From: Spirochaetia bacterium
Lineage (GTDB): Bacteria; Spirochaetota; Spirochaetia; SP-2023
Assembly: GCA_965263295.1 (NCBI GenBank)
Contig: OZ253665.1
Span: 1,280,001 to 1,344,000 of the forward strand
Direction: 5' to 3'
DNA length: 64,000 nucleotides
The notes under the pieces are model-generated. The model did not search any database and was not told the DNA's origin. It was given only the letters and a program-made list of their open reading frames with translations. The position numbers were made by a program, and so were the translations under genes. Of the stretch, positions 8,406 through 19,000 are shown piece by piece; within the stretch, counting starts at the first letter, position 1, and every line of letters begins with the position of its first letter.

Positions 8406-10166
8406 TCAGTCCAGGGCATTCAGGATACGGCAAATACTTGGCCAGTCGAGAAAGCTGCGTCTGCCGCTGGTGTCATAGTGTTTCAACAGCTCTTGCAAGG
8501 CCGCGCCGAGCACTGGCGGGGGAGATGCGGGCTGAAAGTAGTGGCTGCCGCGCGATTCGCGGCGCAGTATGGCGGCACAGCTGATGCACAGTGCCGCCAC
8601 CACGGCATTCGAAACGGCCGCGCCAGCCGGCTCAAAGCGTGCTTGCGAAGGGTTCTGCAGTTCTGCCGGGCAGTGCGTGAGTAATTCGTGCACGGCATGT
8701 AGCAAGCCGCTGCTGTCGCGTTCGACGCCTACATATTGAGACATCAACTGTCGCAATGGAAATTCGGTGACCGCCGCGGATATGTTTGTCTGCGTACCGA
8801 TGACTTGCGGGAGAGGCATTTGGGATGTCTGCGGCGCATTGCCCAGTATCGCCAGCATATCGGCAGCCGCATTGCCAGCCATAACGACGGCTTCCAGCAG
8901 TGAATTTGAGGCTAAGCGGTTGGCGCCGTGCAGCCCGGTACAGGCCACTTCGCCGATTGCCCACAAGCCACTGACGGAGCTGCGCCCACGCAGGTCGGTG
9001 GCAATGCCGCCCATGTGGTAATGGGCAGCCGGTATCACGGGCAGCAAATTTTGCTGCGGGTCCAGGCCATGACGTTGAGTACTCTCCCACAGAGTCGGGA
9101 AGCGCTGCGAAAATTCTTCACTGCCTTGGCAGAGCTTGCGGCAATCCAGGAAGGCCCCGCCACTGTCACGGCGCGCGCGGAATACGGCACGGGCGACGAT
9201 ATCGCGTGGGGCCAGCTCTGGCCTCTCGTAGTGCCGAGCCGCGAGGTCTTGCCGCATAAAGCGCCGGCCATTGGCATCCCGCAATATGGCCCCTTCTCCG
9301 CGCAAAGCTTCACTGGCTAAAGGCTGGGGCGATTCCGCCAGATCCAGAGCCGTGGGGTGGAACTGCACAAACTCGCTGTCAGCGAGCACGGCCCCAGCGA
9401 CGGCAGCCATGCCCAAACCGTGTCCCTGAACACTGGGTGGATTTGTCGTGGCGGCAAAGAGGGCCCCAATGCCACCGCAGGCCAAAACGACAGCGCGAGC
9501 TGCCAGCTGGTAAACTTTTTCCTCACGGCGATAAATGACACCGCGAATGCCATTGCCCGACTTGGCCGGTATCAGTTGTTCTGCGATAGCGCCTTCAATT
9601 ATGGCGATTTGCTCGCGCCTTTTTGCGGCGGCGACGAGACAGGCCATGATCAAACGGCCAGAACTGTCGCCGCTACAACGCACTACGCGCTTAACGCTGT
9701 GAGCGGCCTCACGGGACAATGAGTATGATCGACCTTTTCCTGGCTCTGGTGGTCCAACCCCTGAAAAAGCTTCTTGACGGTCAAAAGGCACTCCGTAGGC
9801 ATCCAGTTGATGAATGTGCGCCGCAGCAGCTTCACAGATGGCCTGCACGACTTCGCTATCGTTGAGACCGGCCCCTGCGGCCAAGGTATCCTGGGCATGG
9901 AGCTGCGCTGAATCATCGGGACCGACGGCGGCGGCAATGCCGCCTTGGGCCCAGGAGCTAGCGTTGTTGTCACCTAGTGGCAAAGGCGATAGCAGGATTA
10001 TGGGCCAACGGCTGGATTCACTTAACTTGAGGGCGGCAAAAAGTCCCGCCAATCCAGCGCCGACAATTACAATGCCGTCGGCAAAATTTCTGTTTGCCGA
10101 ATCAGCCCGATCGCAAATTTCGGGCAGCTGAGTAAAGGGTTGAAAGTGAGGTGGGGCAGCTAGCAT
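8406..10166 (-). CDS. nadB: L-aspartate oxidase
   Basis: GAGLAG FAD motif, SSWAQGGIAAA, EFVQFHPTAL, SEALRGEG, ELAPRDIVAR, HYHMGGI, GLHGANRLASNSLLE, RRESRGSH; lies between nadA and nadC. Confidence 0.95.
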   Translation of the reverse strand: MLAAPPHFQPFTQLPEICDRADSANRNFADGIVIVGAGLAGLFAALKLSESSRWPIILLSPLPLGDNNASSWAQGGIAAAVGPDDSAQLHAQDTLAAGAGLNDSEVVQAICEAAAAHIHQLDAYGVPFDRQEAFSGVGPPEPGKGRSYSLSREAAHSVKRVVRCSGDSSGRLIMACLVAAAKRREQIAIIEGAIAEQLIPAKSGNGIRGVIYRREEKVYQLAARAVVLACGGIGALFAATTNPPSVQGHGLGMAAVAGAVLADSEFVQFHPTALDLAESPQPLASEALRGEGAILRDANGRRFMRQDLAARHYERPELAPRDIVARAVFRARRDSGGAFLDCRKLCQGSEEFSQRFPTLWESTQRHGLDPQQNLLPVIPAAHYHMGGIATDLRGRSSVSGLWAIGEVACTGLHGANRLASNSLLEAVVMAGNAAADMLAILGNAPQTSQMPLPQVIGTQTNISAAVTEFPLRQLMSQYVGVERDSSGLLHAVHELLTHCPAELQNPSQARFEPAGAAVSNAVVAALCISCAAILRRESRGSHYFQPASPPPVLGAALQELLKHYDTSGRRSFLDWPSICRILNALD

Positions 10167-10235
10167 GGTCGAATATGGAAACTCCTGAACTCTGGACTCG
10201 TTAAAAAGGCCGATAGACCGAAGGCTGTGGCTCTG

Positions 10236-11279
10236 TCATGAGAGTTGGATCATGCGTTCGACGGCGGCGCGGGCACGCCAGGCAATCGCGCTGTCGATTT
10301 CGACTGAGTTTTTCAGGTCAAGCAGGCTGTCCAAGATATTTTGCAGTGTAATGCGCTTCATGTGCGGGCAGAAGTTGCAAGGGCGAATGAAGCGCACCGC
10401 AGGTGCCTTGGCGGCAATGTTGGCGCTCATTGAACACTCTGTCACCAACATAACTTTTTGCGGTTTCTTTTCGCCAATCCAGCGAATCATGGCAGCTGTG
10501 GAGCCGGCGAAATCGGCCTCGCCAATAACTTCGGGAGGGCATTCGGGGTGGGCGACAATCTTCAGTCCCGGGTTGTCGCCGCGCATGGTGCGCAAATCTT
10601 CGGGGCTAAAGCGTTCATGCACCTCGCAGCGGCCCCGCCAGTTGATCAGCTCCAAACCTTCAAGGCGCAACTCGGCAGCCACGTTTTGAGCCAGGTACTC
10701 ATCGGGCAGCATAATGACTTTTTTGACGCCAAATTCAGCGGCGATGCGTCGCACAATATTGGCGGCATTCGCCGAAGTGCAAGTAACGTCACACTCGGCC
10801 TTAACCGCGGCACTGGTATTTACATAGATAACGATAGGCAAGGAAGGGTACTGCTGGCGTAGAAGACGTACGTCTGCGGCACTAATGGACTCCGCCAGCG
10901 AGCAACCAGCTTCCATGTCCGGAATCAAAACCAGTTTGTCGGGGTTCATTAGTTTAGAAGTTTCGGCCATGAAATGGACGCCAGCCTGAACGATGATGTC
11001 CGCATCAGTGCGGCCGGCTTCAATCGCCAATTGCAGGCTGTCGCCCCGAATATCGGCGACCCCGTGAAAAATCTCCGGGCCCATATAATTGTGGGCCAGG
11101 ATTACAGCATTACGCTGCTTTTTCAGTTCGTTAATAGCCTTGATGTAGGGAGCATGGAATACCCAATCAATAGGGGGAATAACGTCTTTGACCTTTTGAT
11201 ATACAGGCGCTAACTCTGTGGCCAGCTCCTCACTGTATTCCAGTGACGGGCGCTCAATAATCTGCTGCAGCTCAGACAT
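10236..11279 (-). CDS. nadA: Quinolinate synthase A
   Basis: ILAHNY, GVHFMAET, AGCSLA, YVNTSA, CEVHE, HPEC, TECSM, CPHMK. Start placed at ATG 11279 after GGAGG; the open frame extends to 11426. Confidence 0.96.
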   Translation of the reverse strand: MSELQQIIERPSLEYSEELATELAPVYQKVKDVIPPIDWVFHAPYIKAINELKKQRNAVILAHNYMGPEIFHGVADIRGDSLQLAIEAGRTDADIIVQAGVHFMAETSKLMNPDKLVLIPDMEAGCSLAESISAADVRLLRQQYPSLPIVIYVNTSAAVKAECDVTCTSANAANIVRRIAAEFGVKKVIMLPDEYLAQNVAAELRLEGLELINWRGRCEVHERFSPEDLRTMRGDNPGLKIVAHPECPPEVIGEADFAGSTAAMIRWIGEKKPQKVMLVTECSMSANIAAKAPAVRFIRPCNFCPHMKRITLQNILDSLLDLKNSVEIDSAIAWRARAAVERMIQLS

Positions 11280-11452
11280 GGGGGGATCCCTCCAGTTGCA
11301 AGGGGACTGTTTGTGGCTGGACGGGCGAATAGCCAAGTGGCGCGAAAAGCTGGCAAATGGCTGCGTAGCTAAACCGTTCCCTGAATTTCTAATCATCCAA
11401 GTCTGCTCACAAGTTTTCTGGGCCATTTGAGCTATCTGATACCTAGCCCTCC

Positions 11453-11480
11453 ATTATAGAGTTTATATGGCAATTGGCAA
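11453..11480 (-). promoter_or_regulatory. Sigma70-type promoter upstream of nadA
   Basis: Minus strand TTGCCA-16 bp-TATAAT. Confidence 0.5.
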
Positions 11481-11718
11481 AGTCGGTGACCAGGAGCTCA
11501 GAGGGAAAAACCACGACCCAGCTTGGACTTCAAGTAGCTTGCAAAATCACAGACTTAAATTGTATCTACTATTTTGTGAAATTATGCTTGTCGCGTCAAT
11601 CAATGCCCAAGGAATACAACAGAAGAGTTTTACTTTAAGGAATGCTTTTCTCTAGCATACGGCTGGGCACCGCTACATTTTTAGTCGTTATTTCTATGTT
11701 GGCAAGATTCTTGGCGGA

Positions 11719-13251
11719 TTAGCGAGATTCGTAGATATTGCGCAGCAGCTCTAGATTTCTTTCAGCTGTGAAGTCCTGTAAAAAACGACTGCGCGCAGCG
11801 CGGCACATTTGATCGTAACATTCCTGGTCCATTGAGGCCGCGGCCTTGATGGCCGCACTGATATTCTGAATCAGTTCCTCGTTTGAATAAGCGTCGGATA
11901 ACCGTAGTTCTCTTTGTGCCTGCGGGTTGCGGAAGAACGCTGCGAGTATACCATTGACTTGGTGATGCAGCAGTTCCGCGCTCGCTCCCAGGCAAAAACT
12001 TATGACAGGACGACCTGCCGCCAGGGCCTCAAGGATTGTCATCGGCATGCCTTCATACCAAATTGAAGGCAGGATTAGAAAATGGCAGCGTTGGAATTCT
12101 CGTTCTAAGGACGCTTGGCTCATCCGTCCCAAATATTCAATCTTTATCCGTGAGACTTGCTGTGGGACTTGCTGCGAGACTTGCTGTGGACTCTGTTCTG
12201 GGCCTTGCGGTTGAGAATCTTTCCCCCTAGCTTGTAAGCGGCATTGCCCAGAGCTTGTAGCCGCGACGCTGTGGGCGGCAATAAACTCTTGCAGCTCATT
12301 TTTGAGAGGGCCGTCTCCGGCGATACGCAGCTCTATATCCCGACCGACGCCACAATCATTGCGCAGTTGACGCATGGCGGCGAGCAGAACGCGCAGACCT
12401 TTTTCCTCACTCAAACGGCCGGCAAACAGGAGGCGAAAAGTTTTTTCCAGTTTGGGACCCACATCGCAAGCGCGGTCCATTTGTGTGGCAGGCAGAGACA
12501 GGAAATTGGGCTTATAAATAAACTTTTCTTCGGGAAAGCCAACCCGGCTCAATAAATTCTTCTGGGTAGAATTTAGATAAATAAAATGGTCGACATTTTT
12601 CTGCCAGCTTTTTAAGTACTTATGCACAGTCAGCATGCAGGCGACAGCCCAGGTCATTGCCCAGCTGTCACGGTAGCAGCGCGAACGCACAGCTGGACCG
12701 AAATGGCCGGCGGCAAAGCAACGCTGGCAGAGCTCGTGGCCAATAATCCGGCCCTTTGCGCGCAGAGGACGCATTAAAGAGGCTTGAGGGCAGTGCAAGC
12801 GGAAGTTATGTAAAGTATACAGGATTTTAGTATGCTTGCCTTGCCTCTGGCGGCGGCGCTTCCAGCGGCCCAGGACACGGAACACAGCCGGCGAAAGTAG
12901 AGCAAAGGTATTGTGAACGTGAATGACATCTGGATCGTATTGAGATAGACACTGTTGCAGGCTGGCGCAAACTTCCCGGTTCCAAATCGCCTTAAATAAT
13001 TGCCTGAGCGGACTTTTGTCTAGCAGTTCGCCATTCGGGCGAATAAAGCGCGACAACTCGTAGCCCCGCTTGAGTAATGCGGCCTCTTCCCGCACAACTT
13101 TGTCCTCTCCGCCCTCTTGCAAATATTCACAATGCACTTGCAAAACCTTCAGTTTGGGCTTTGGGTCCCCTGCGGTATCCTTTTCTTTCTGTTCCACAAT
13201 TGATCCCGTCCCAATCGGCGTTTTGGCGCTCGTCTGTAAAAGGCCCCGCAA
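11719..13251 (-). CDS. Glycosyltransferase family 4 (GT-B)
   Basis: GGEDKVV, DVIHVHNTF, TLHNFRLHCP, FAGRLSEEKG, LPSIWYEGMPMTILEALAAG; start codon uncertain. Confidence 0.92.
   Translation of the reverse strand: MRGLLQTSAKTPIGTGSIVEQKEKDTAGDPKPKLKVLQVHCEYLQEGGEDKVVREEAALLKRGYELSRFIRPNGELLDKSPLRQLFKAIWNREVCASLQQCLSQYDPDVIHVHNTFALLSPAVFRVLGRWKRRRQRQGKHTKILYTLHNFRLHCPQASLMRPLRAKGRIIGHELCQRCFAAGHFGPAVRSRCYRDSWAMTWAVACMLTVHKYLKSWQKNVDHFIYLNSTQKNLLSRVGFPEEKFIYKPNFLSLPATQMDRACDVGPKLEKTFRLLFAGRLSEEKGLRVLLAAMRQLRNDCGVGRDIELRIAGDGPLKNELQEFIAAHSVAATSSGQCRLQARGKDSQPQGPEQSPQQVSQQVPQQVSRIKIEYLGRMSQASLEREFQRCHFLILPSIWYEGMPMTILEALAAGRPVISFCLGASAELLHHQVNGILAAFFRNPQAQRELRLSDAYSNEELIQNISAAIKAAASMDQECYDQMCRAARSRFLQDFTAERNLELLRNIYESR
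12152..12187 (-). repeat. 12-bp tandem repeat x3 inside the GT4 gene (QQVS/QQVP)
   Basis: gagacttgctgt gggacttgctgc gagacttgctgt. Confidence 0.8.
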
Positions 13252-13401
13252 GATAAATACGTCAGGGCAGATTTATACTAAAATATTACAATTTATGACT
13301 GATTGCAAATGGCTCACGAAATTCCAAGTGGCGAAATTCAAGGGCCGAATCTAGGTGCAAGATGATGGACGAAACAGGGGCACACGATTAAACTCTGCAC
13401 C

Positions 13402-14526
13402 ATGTCACCAAAATACTCTAGTGTCGGAATTGAGAACGTCAATATATTGCGCAGCAGACGCCTGAAAGCCCCCATTGACTACAAGCGCGAAAACCCGACT
13501 AGCCCGGAGCTAGTGCGACATGTGCGCCAGAGTCGCGAAACTATCATCCGTTTGTTGCATCGCGAAGATGAGCGTTTGATGTTTATCGTTGGCCCCTGCT
13601 CCATTCACGACTATGACCTGGCCCTGGATTATGCCCGGCGCTTGAAGCGCTTGGCCGACGACGTGGCGCGGCACATTTTTGTGGTTATGCGCGTGTATTT
13701 TGAAAAACCGCGTACTGTAAAAGGTTGGCGCGGCCTGATCATTGATCCACATCTGGACGGTTCAAACAATATGGAAGAAGGTTTGCACTTGGCGCGCAAG
13801 ATTTTGCTGGATATCAATAAAATCGGCTTGCCAGCTGCCTCTGAGGTACTGGACCCAATCGTCCCGCAGTTTATCAGTGATCTCCTTTCCTGGGCGGCCA
13901 TTGGGGCCCGCACAACGGAGTCTCAGATCCACCGCGAACTTTCCAGTGGCCTGTCCATGCCCATTGGATTTAAAAACAGCACCGATGGCTCTTTCATGAA
14001 TTCAATCAACGGCATGGAAGCGGCCTTTTCTGGCCATACTTTTTTAGGTATGGACGAAGCCGGCAACTTGTGCTTACTGGACACCAAGGGAAATAAAAAC
14101 GCCCATTTGATTTTGCGCGGGGGGAATTTGGGACCGAACTACGACGCCGAAACAGTGCGGCAGACGGCATTGAATCTGGAAAAACGTGGGCTACCCAGTT
14201 CTATTATTGTCGATTGCAGTCATGCGAATTCCAGTAAAGACTTTACTCGCCAGCCGTACGTCTGCCGCGATGTGGTGACTCAATTTGTCCAAGGCCAGAG
14301 GGCAATACGCAGCATTATGCTCGAAAGTAATATTAACAGTGGGCGCCAGGACCTGCCCGCGCCAGAGAGCCTGAATGGCGAGGATCCAAAGAGCAAACTG
14401 GCGTATGGCGTATCCTTGACCGATGGCTGCATTGACTGGAAATGCACCGAAGAATTGATCCGCGAGTCCTTTGATATGTTGCATTCAGGCCAACAAAATT
14501 ACCACAATATGTTGCATAGAATCTGA
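13402..14526 (+). CDS. 3-deoxy-7-phosphoheptulonate (DAHP) synthase, class I-alpha (AroF/G/H family)
   Basis: VGPCSIHD, MRVYFEKPRT, AIGARTTESQIHRE, GFKN, ILRGG, VDCSHANS, YGVSLTDGCI. Confidence 0.95.
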   Translation: MSPKYSSVGIENVNILRSRRLKAPIDYKRENPTSPELVRHVRQSRETIIRLLHREDERLMFIVGPCSIHDYDLALDYARRLKRLADDVARHIFVVMRVYFEKPRTVKGWRGLIIDPHLDGSNNMEEGLHLARKILLDINKIGLPAASEVLDPIVPQFISDLLSWAAIGARTTESQIHRELSSGLSMPIGFKNSTDGSFMNSINGMEAAFSGHTFLGMDEAGNLCLLDTKGNKNAHLILRGGNLGPNYDAETVRQTALNLEKRGLPSSIIVDCSHANSSKDFTRQPYVCRDVVTQFVQGQRAIRSIMLESNINSGRQDLPAPESLNGEDPKSKLAYGVSLTDGCIDWKCTEELIRESFDMLHSGQQNYHNMLHRI

Positions 14527-14553
14527 TGCCGGAAGGGGTCGCGTCCGGCGTCA
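14524..14553. terminator. Hairpin between the convergent DAHP synthase and TolC genes
   Basis: TGATGCCGGA-10 nt-TCCGGCGTCA inverted repeat; no strong U-tract. Confidence 0.45.
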
Positions 14554-14572
14554 TATTTATCTCAATTTTCAG

Positions 14573-16063
14573 CTAAAAATATTGCAGATTGAGCTGGCCG
14601 CCCAACTCCAGTAAAATTTCTATAATTGCAAATACCAAATCGTCAGTCTCGTCTTGTAGGTCTTTGAGACTTTTTTGTGCCTCCAGTAGCTTGTCATAAC
14701 TGACTAGGCCGCGGCCATAAGAAAGCTCGGCTTCACGCAGGGCCTCCTTGGCTACGGCCAGAGAACTGTTTTTGACTTCGAGAAGTTTTTTGTTTTGCAA
14801 TAAATTCTGCAGACCGTCAATGTATTCCAGCCGTTTTTGACGCAGTGCCTCGTCATAATTTTCCTGAGCCTGCAGTAATTGATTGCGACCTTGCTGCACC
14901 TTGCGGTGTGCCGAGCTGAAGGGGAAAAAATTACTTAAGTCCCATGTGAGGCTGATACCGCTGCCAAGAGTGGTATTTCCCATTGTAGTTGTGATGTCTT
15001 GGCCATCGGAACGGTACAAGGAACTGCTGAAGGCATTTAGCGACAGTGAGCCAATGATGCTAAACTGTGGTAATAGATTCAGATAAGCCTCCCGTAGGCC
15101 GCTTTGAGCAGTTCGCAGAGCAAGTTCTTGCTGACGCAGATCCGGCATCTGCGGATTAAACGCTGGCAAAGCCTGATCCAACAGGCTGCTTACATTATGT
15201 TGCAGTTTGACCGCCACTTCCAGCTGTTGTTGGGGCACATAACCCAGCAACAGGTTCAGGGTGCGCTGCGCGCGCTCCAGGGTAAATTGTTCAGAGAGTA
15301 GAGTGGCTTGGCTACTTTTTGATTCTCTCTGGGCCGTCAAGAACTCCAGCCGCGAGATGCGGCCATTGTTATAATCATTTTGTGCATAACCGTAGTATTT
15401 TTCTGTTATATCGACATTCAAGTGACTACTTTGCAATCTTTTTTGCGCCTTTAAAACTTTATAGATCTGTTCGATCACTTCAATGGCTATGTTCTGGTGC
15501 AGTATTTCCTGCTCGACGAGTTGATTCTGATAATGGGAACTCAAGCCGCTCAGTCGCGTCAGTAGGGACATGTCGAACAAAGTAACGTTAGCCCCTAAGT
15601 TTGCCGAATACGGCACTGTTGTCTGCCAGTCTCTAGACCTCGTTTCCACATCTCCGCGGCGGCTATAGGGCTGGACGGAACTATTAACTCCGATATCGGC
15701 ACTGATATTGATACCTGGCACGAATTGGAGGTAGAATGCTTTGCGCTCGGCATTGGCCTCTTCTACAGAACGGCGTTGCGCTCTAAGTCTGATATTGAAA
15801 GCCCAGGCTTGATCCAGAGCCTGCTTCACGGTCAATTGCACTATGCCGTCCTGACTTTTCAAGCCGCGCGCAATGTCGTCCTGCATTGCGGCTTCGGTCT
15901 GGGCGATCAGGGCCTCAAGCGAATTCGTCGCCGGCGTTTCGGCTTGGCTTTGCCGAGTTTTTTCTTTTTTTTCTGCTGTCTCCTCTTCCTGCGCCTGAGC
16001 GCTGACGACAGAGCGGCTGACAAGTATCAGGCTGATTGCAGACAGCACAAAAAGCCTATTCAT
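14573..16063 (-). CDS. TolC-family outer membrane efflux protein
   Basis: Probable start MNRLFVLSAISLILVSRSVVSAQA (signal peptide) immediately after the RND stop; two OEP-like repeats (YNNGRISRLEFL / YGRGLVSYDKLL). Confidence 0.85.
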   Translation of the reverse strand: MNRLFVLSAISLILVSRSVVSAQAQEEETAEKKEKTRQSQAETPATNSLEALIAQTEAAMQDDIARGLKSQDGIVQLTVKQALDQAWAFNIRLRAQRRSVEEANAERKAFYLQFVPGINISADIGVNSSVQPYSRRGDVETRSRDWQTTVPYSANLGANVTLFDMSLLTRLSGLSSHYQNQLVEQEILHQNIAIEVIEQIYKVLKAQKRLQSSHLNVDITEKYYGYAQNDYNNGRISRLEFLTAQRESKSSQATLLSEQFTLERAQRTLNLLLGYVPQQQLEVAVKLQHNVSSLLDQALPAFNPQMPDLRQQELALRTAQSGLREAYLNLLPQFSIIGSLSLNAFSSSLYRSDGQDITTTMGNTTLGSGISLTWDLSNFFPFSSAHRKVQQGRNQLLQAQENYDEALRQKRLEYIDGLQNLLQNKKLLEVKNSSLAVAKEALREAELSYGRGLVSYDKLLEAQKSLKDLQDETDDLVFAIIEILLELGGQLNLQYF

Positions 16064-16065
16064 GT

Positions 16066-19000
16066 TTAACACCAGTCCCCTTCTGAGTCTACTTTTGTCA
16101 TGTTCTCTGGCCCGTATTCCTGCAGCAAGGTCAAGGACAGCTGACGGTCGCGTTTTGTCGGTATCAGGTTGAGCAGGCAAGGGATCATGAACAGAGTAAA
16201 CATAGTCGAGACGGCCAGGCCGCCGGCGACGGCAATGCCCAAGGGTTGCAGCACGTTCATGCCGTCGCCGAGTGCCAGGGCAATGGGCAGCATGCCCAGC
16301 AGCGTGGTAAACATGGTGATCAAGATCGGGGTCAGGCGCAAGGAGCAAGCATGGGCGATGGATTCACGCTTGAGCTGTGCGAAAGAGCGCTGCCCCGCTG
16401 CGGCACAGCGCTCTTTCAGGGTCAGCAGCACAAAGTCGATCATGATGATGGCGTTGTTGACCGCAATGCCACCGAGCAAAATCATGCCCAAAAGGGAGTT
16501 CAGCGAGATGCTGGAGTCGCAGAGCCAGAGAAAGAAAATGCTGCCCGTAATGCCCAGCGGTACCGTTACCAGAATAATCAGTGGGTAACGGTAGGAACTG
16601 AACTGGGCGCACATCAAGGCAAAAACCAGGAGCAAGGCGATGGCCAGGGCCGTGCCCAAGGAGCGGATGGCGTCCTGAATATCTTTCTTCGTGTCGAACC
16701 AGTTGTAGCTGACGCCCGGCATAACGACATCGGGGTTGGCTGCGAGCAGTTGTTCCAAATCTTGTTTTGCCGCATTGATCTGGGTCGGAGTGGCTGGGTC
16801 CTCGGTGTCTAAGTACAGGGCAATGTAGAATTGACGCGCACCGTCTACGCTCGCAATGCTGGACTCCTGCTCATCGCGCTCAAAAGTCACAAAATGGTGC
16901 AGGGGAATGTACTGGATGCCCTCGTCTACGCTCACCTGCACGGGATAATTGTAAATACTCTGGTAATCCCGGTTCCGGACCCGAGGATTTCGAATTTGCA
17001 CCGTGCGGGTATCGCTGCCTTTATCGCCCTGAACTTTGAGATCTTTTACGGTCGTCTGCAAGGAGTAGGACAATTCATTTTGCAGGTTGAGCCCGCTGAA
17101 TTTTTCAATCATGCCCCGCCGCGCTACCAGATTGAGGACAGGCTGGCCTTTGAGAGAGCTGGGTTCACTGTCGATGTAATAACGGTAGCCTTGCATGAAG
17201 TCTTCGACGTCAAGCTGCTCTTGCGGCTCATCTGCGTCCACAGCTTCTTCGGATGTCTCCGCTTCTCGCTCCTCGGTTGCGCCAGAGTCGCCCGCTTGGG
17301 AATCGGCAGCCTCACTATTCTTGCCGTCCGGATTTTCTTCGGCGGACACTTGGCTTTGCTGATCTGCATCACGGTTTCCCTGATTTTCCTTTAACTCATC
17401 TTTGTCTGTTTCCTGCTGTTTTTGCCGCGCGGCAAGGGCCACAGCCAAGGCCTTTTGGGCGGCCTCGACGCGCTCTTTTTGATCCTCATCAATCAGGCGC
17501 GTGACCGCCCGCAGGCTTTCGAGGACCTGGGTGGTTTCGGTGCCGCGGAATTCCAAGCGCAAGTCTTGAGTTTTAGGCAGGGGCAGTTCAACCGGGTCCC
17601 AGGGAAAGGCTTGAAAATGATATTCTTTGGCTGGATCAAATTCTAGCTCGGCGTTCTGGATGCCTGGACTCTGACCATTCGCCATGTCAGCTGCTGAGGC
17701 GCCCCGCGCCGGCTTATCCGCAGCGCCCGCCATTGCTTCTGGCGCCCCAGCTTCACCGCCAGCTTGCGCTTCTTGTCTCCCTTTTTGCTTCTTCTGCTGT
17801 AAAAATTCTTTTAGGCGTTCGTCGAAGTGCTGCTGCAAGGCCTGTAAAGCTGCGGCGCCGTGGCGACTGGAACTAAGGGTGATTATGGACAACATTGAAC
17901 TTTTATTGCCGGATTGCGAAAATACCGATTCTACCTTCGCGCCGAGGACGTCATAAATCTCTTTCGTCACGCCATCGATAAACGCGACAACAGCCTCCTG
18001 GTCTTCATAGCCCGGCTCAAATTTGAACCACACAACGACGCGGTTACTGCTGGGCGTGCCGATGATGGTTTGCCGAATGCGCGGGCCCAAAATAAACAGG
18101 CTGAGGGCAAACAGAACAATGCTGGCAGAGATGAACAGCCACTGTGCGCCGCGCCGCGCCAAAAAGGCGCGCAGAACGCGGTGGTAGGCTGCCGTCAAAA
18201 GGCCAGCAAAACGCTCGCTCAAACGTTCAAGGCGGCCGGCTTGATATGCGGAATGCCGCCCATCTCCGAGAGCGTCCTGAGGGCGAAACATATAAAAAGC
18301 CAGCACGGGAACGACGAGCAAGGCGATGATCAGGGAACAGAGCAGGGCAAAGACGATGGTCTGTGCCAGGTCGCCGAGTATGGCCTCTGCCAACGGCGCG
18401 GTAAAAGATAGCGGCAAAAAGACGACCACGCTGGTCAAAGTGGAGGCCAGCACGGGCAGCCAGACCTGCCGGGTCGCACAGGCCACGACCTGCCAGGCGC
18501 GCAACTGGGGCTCTTGCAGGCGAATGCGGTGGATGTTTTCCGTCACAACGATGCTGGCGTCTACCACCATGCCGGTGGCGATGGTCATCCCCCCCAGGGA
18601 AATCATGTTGATGCTGACGCCCATGTAATAAAGCAGACTCAACGACATTACAATTGTCAGTGGGATGGAAAAGGCAATCATCACGATGTTGCGCAATTGC
18701 CCCAGGAAAATAATCACGACCAAAATGGCGAGGATGGCCCCACTGAAGCCGGCATAGACGACGTTGCGGATGGCCAGATTGATGTAGTCCGCCGGGTCGA
18801 GAATTCGTTGCATCCGTACCTGACTCATCAAAGTCCCGTGGCTTTGGGCCTGCGCAATGATCTGGTCGAGGCTGCGCGAAATCAGGCGCAGGTCCGCGCC
18901 ATTTTCCGGATTGACAAAGACCAGAACGTTAGTTCTGCCGTCGATGCGACTGATCCATTCGTAGGGCTCATACCTAATCTTAATGTCGGCAATGTCTTTG

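Noticed and set aside
16064..16348. N-terminal 95 aa of the 591-aa TolC ORF
   Set aside because: It overlaps the RND gene in another frame; the signal peptide begins at Met 16063
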